The notes under the pieces were generated by a model, which saw only the letters and a program-made list of their open reading frames with translations, did no database searches and was not told where the DNA came from. Shown here piece by piece: positions 16,873 to 20,000 of a stretch of 20,000 nt of DNA. The position numbers were made by a program, and so were the translations under genes. The stretch is from a bacterium (GTDB lineage: Bacteria; JADJOY01). The stretch is from assembly GCA_046331705.1 (NCBI GenBank), contig JAXLQJ010000043.1:46596-66595 (forward strand), written 5' to 3'. Positions within the stretch are counted from its first letter, which is position 1. The number at the start of each line of letters is the position of its first letter.

Positions 16873-18096
16873 ATGACGCCTGAATCCGCCGCTTCACTCG
16901 AGGATGCCCGCGCCCGCGCCCGTAACTCCTCGGCGGGGGCCCCGGTGATGCCACGGCCCGAGACCGCGCTGAATGTGCGGCCGGCGGTCGCTTCGGGCCG
17001 CGTTCCGCAGGCGACGCCTGGCATGGACGAGCGGAAGTTTCGGGGAATTCTCTCGGCAGGTCTCAAGTACCGGGCTCGCGACATCCACTTCAAGGTGGGC
17101 TCGCCGCCGTTGATGCGCATCCTGGACGAGCTGCGCGAGACGCCGATCCCCAAGCTCAACGCCGACGACATCGAATGGATCGTGCGGTTCCTGTTGCGGC
17201 GCAGCCATCACAATCCCGAGAACCTCATCGACGAGATCGAGACCTGCTTCGAGCTCGAGAACGCCGCGCGCTTTCGGGCCAGCATCTTCTGGCAGATGGG
17301 GACGGTCGCGGTGGTGTTGCGGATCGTGCCGAGCGAGATCCCGTCGTTCGACTCGCTCGATCTGCCGCGCTCGATCCGCCAGGTCGCGGATCTGCAACGT
17401 GGGCTGGTGTTGGTCGCCGGTGTCGCCGGATGCGGCAAGTCCACGACGCTCGCCTCGATCATCCACGAGATCAATCGCACTCGTCGCGCGCACATCGTCA
17501 CCATCGAGGATCCGGTGGAGTTCGTGCACCGGCCGCTCTTGAGCTCGATCACGCAGCGCGAGGTGGGACGCGACACGCGCTCGTTCAACGCGGCGTTGCG
17601 CTCGGCGTTGCGCCAGGACCCGGACGTGATCCTGGTGGGTGAGCTGCGAGACCTGGACACGATCGACACCGCGCTGCGCGCCGCAGAGACCGGGCACCTG
17701 GTGCTCGCGACGATCCACACCACCGACACGGCGAAGACCATCGGCCGTCTGCTCGGCGTGTTCGGACAGGGCGAGCAGGCGGCGGTGCGCTATCGCCTCG
17801 CCGAGAACCTGAAGGCCGTCATCGCCCAGCGCCTGCTCCCGCGGAAGAACGGCGAGGGCATGGTGCTCGCGTGCGAGGCGATGTTCTCGAACCTGACGAT
17901 CCAGGAATGCATCCAGGATCCGTCCCGCACCGGCGAGATCACGGACTTGGTCGGGCAGGGTGGCGACAAGCTCCACACGCACACGTTCGACCAGCACCTG
18001 ACGGAGCTCTACCGGACCGGGATCGTGGATCTCGAGACCGCCAAGGCGGCGTCGAGCCGGCCGGGGGATTTCGAGCGCGCGCTCAGCTTCGAGTAG
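16873..18096 (+). CDS. pilT: PilT/PilU-family type IV pilus retraction-type ATPase (paralog), 407 aa
   Basis: SD AGAGGAG at 16861-16867. DIHFKVGSPPLMRI, RFRASIF, Walker A GVAGCGKST, Asp box TIEDPVE, ALRQDPDVILVGELRD and AETGHLVLATIHT. Confidence 0.9.
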   Translation: MTPESAASLEDARARARNSSAGAPVMPRPETALNVRPAVASGRVPQATPGMDERKFRGILSAGLKYRARDIHFKVGSPPLMRILDELRETPIPKLNADDIEWIVRFLLRRSHHNPENLIDEIETCFELENAARFRASIFWQMGTVAVVLRIVPSEIPSFDSLDLPRSIRQVADLQRGLVLVAGVAGCGKSTTLASIIHEINRTRRAHIVTIEDPVEFVHRPLLSSITQREVGRDTRSFNAALRSALRQDPDVILVGELRDLDTIDTALRAAETGHLVLATIHTTDTAKTIGRLLGVFGQGEQAAVRYRLAENLKAVIAQRLLPRKNGEGMVLACEAMFSNLTIQECIQDPSRTGEITDLVGQGGDKLHTHTFDQHLTELYRTGIVDLETAKAASSRPGDFERALSFE

Positions 18097-18186
18097 CGAG
18101 CTGGTCGCGCGAGGACCGCCGCGCTCCTGCGCGGCCGTCGTGCGTTCCGAGCCCGAGCGCTGTCCGCCGGTGTAGGCTCGGTACGC

Positions 18187-19782
18187 ATGCCCACAGCCTG
18201 GCTCGTTCGGACTCTTTGCAGTCGAGCGCGTGTGACTCGGACACGCGCAGGTGCCACCCTCGTTTGCGCCGCGCTCCTCGTCGGTGCTGGATGCGTGGGT
18301 GCGATCGTCGGCACCGGAATCGACGCCGTCGGATCGGCGGTCACGTATCCGTTCAAGAACGGGCTCTTCGCGCGCCTCTACGAGTACGACAACACCTCAC
18401 CTGATCCGTGGCGCGCACTGGAGGACGATCGCGGGCGCGACTACGGGAACGAGCTGGTGGGGCTTGCGGTCTCGGGAGGGGGCAGCCGGTCGGCTTACTT
18501 CTTGGCGTGCGTGCTCGACCGCCTGCGTCACATCGCGGTTGCGCCCGCCGACGGCGGCACGGGCGCAGCCACGACGCTCCTCGACGAGGTGGACTTTCTC
18601 TCCGCCGTCTCCGGCGGCTCGCTTGCTTCGACCTATTACACGCTGCTTCGGCCCGACTCGTCCGAGCCGGCGGCGCTGGATGCGTTCTTCCGCCAGTTTC
18701 GCCAGGACATGCGGCTCGACTTCGAGATGCGCAGTGTCGGCAGGACGCTCCTCATGGGGCGGGCAATTCCGCTCATCCTCACGCACTATCATCGGGGCCA
18801 CGTGCTCGCGGAGGTCTTCGATTCCAACTTCTTCCACGATGCGACGTTCGCCGACCTCCCCGCGCCGGGGCCGCGGCGGCCCACGCTGATCGTCAACGCC
18901 ACGTCCTACTCGCGCGGCAACAAGTTTCTGTTCACGCGTCTGCCCACCGGCCGCTTCAACGACTCGCGCCTGATGCGGGGCGTGCGCGAGCTCAAGCTCA
19001 TCCGCGGCAACTCCACCGAGCTCCATCGGCCCTTCGAGAACACCGGCTTCGACACGATCGCCAGCGACATCGCGAGCTTTCCGCTTTCGTATGCGGTGGC
19101 GGCCTCCGCGGGGGTGCCGAGCTTGCTCGGCCCCACCGTGCTCAAGGACAAGTCGCGAGCCGACGCCGATCTCTTCGAGGAGCTCGGCGACGGCGGCCTC
19201 TACGACAACTACGGCCTCGAAACGCTGGTGCAGCTCTTCGCGACCATCCTCGAGGAGCGCCCCGGCATGAAGGCGCGGATCATCGTCGTGGACGCCAGCT
19301 CGTTCTTCGAGGCGCAGGTGGACCGGCCCGAGTACACCGTGGCCGACTACGCGGATCGAATCGCGTCCATCGCGTGGCTGCGGACCAGCGATTACACCGA
19401 GATGCTCTATCGAACCCTTGGCAGCATCGACTTGAAGCGCCTGGAAAAGGTCGCCGAAGAGGGGACGGGCGGCCTGAGCTTCGGCGCACGCCAATCGCCG
19501 TTCCGGAACCTCGACCTTCAGGTTGTGAGCCTCTTCCACCAACCCGAGACGCTCACCGCCGCCGACCTGCGCGACGACCTCCCATCGCGCCCGTCGGTGG
19601 TGGCGAAGGTCTACAAGAGCCTCGTGCCCGAGCCGATCCGAAACCCCGCCGGCTTCATCGTGAATCTCAACCAAGAGGTGCGCGGTATCGGCACCCGCTT
19701 CTCGATCGGTGACGAGGCCGCGGACTTGGTCGACGCCCAAGCCGAGCTCGCGGTTCGCGACGTGCTCGTGCCGTCGCAGTGA
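18187..19782 (+). CDS. Patatin-like phospholipase, probably exported or a lipoprotein
   Basis: Gly-rich LAVSGGGSRSA, nucleophile SAVSGGS, LIVNATS, AVAASAGVP and catalytic Asp in DGGLYDNYG. Hydrophobic N-terminus ends LLVGAG-C. Start is 18187 or GTG 18232. Confidence 0.85.
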   Translation: MPTAWLVRTLCSRARVTRTRAGATLVCAALLVGAGCVGAIVGTGIDAVGSAVTYPFKNGLFARLYEYDNTSPDPWRALEDDRGRDYGNELVGLAVSGGGSRSAYFLACVLDRLRHIAVAPADGGTGAATTLLDEVDFLSAVSGGSLASTYYTLLRPDSSEPAALDAFFRQFRQDMRLDFEMRSVGRTLLMGRAIPLILTHYHRGHVLAEVFDSNFFHDATFADLPAPGPRRPTLIVNATSYSRGNKFLFTRLPTGRFNDSRLMRGVRELKLIRGNSTELHRPFENTGFDTIASDIASFPLSYAVAASAGVPSLLGPTVLKDKSRADADLFEELGDGGLYDNYGLETLVQLFATILEERPGMKARIIVVDASSFFEAQVDRPEYTVADYADRIASIAWLRTSDYTEMLYRTLGSIDLKRLEKVAEEGTGGLSFGARQSPFRNLDLQVVSLFHQPETLTAADLRDDLPSRPSVVAKVYKSLVPEPIRNPAGFIVNLNQEVRGIGTRFSIGDEAADLVDAQAELAVRDVLVPSQ

Positions 19783-20000
19783 CGTGTCGGCCCAGCGTAT
19801 CGCCGGAGCAGAGCCAGAGAAGTGTCACCCTCGTCTGTGAGCGGATGGGCTCGGCGCCCCGCGCACGGGCGAAACGACTCCCGCGCTGATGGCGTGTTCG
19901 CCTACCGACGTGGCGTTCCTGGGCGGCTTCTGTAGAAGGCGGTGCGAAGGGTCGTGTGAACGAGCTCCGCGGTGAGCACGCGGGACGCACCTCGTCCGTT

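Noticed and set aside
19783-20000. Possible riboswitch/ncRNA, or a gene start at GTG 19956
   Set aside because: No match to riboswitch consensus sequences I recognise, and only 15 codons are visible before the window ends.
1-20000. CRISPR arrays, tRNA/rRNA, IS elements, RiPP precursor peptides near the U32 pair
   Set aside because: No regularly spaced repeats, cloverleafs, transposase motifs or credible small precursor ORFs were seen by eye.

Overview
A very GC-rich (roughly 70%+ by eye), gene-dense bacterial chromosomal window. The Cys-lipobox lipoproteins and the PilT paralog suggest a Myxococcota/deltaproteobacterial-type organism (inference). Thirteen protein genes are supported: an extended SDR, a lipoprotein alpha/beta-hydrolase, a DUF5060/GH5-like lipoprotein, a PPK2 polyphosphate kinase, a 7-repeat beta-propeller lipoprotein, sbcD-sbcC, two U32-family Fe-S proteins, a Zn-ribbon SAM methyltransferase, an MgtC/SapB-DUF4010 membrane protein, a PilT-like ATPase and a patatin-like phospholipase. 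No rRNA, tRNA, CRISPR array or mobile element was seen. The best candidate for an undescribed system is 12233-15200. There a UbiV-like/UbiU-like U32 pair lies in reversed order, without ubiT, with an inserted segment and extra Cys cluster. It is divergent from a methyltransferase across a short spacer carrying a sigma70-like promoter and a perfect palindrome, suggesting an O2-independent hydroxylation plus O-methylation module of unknown substrate.
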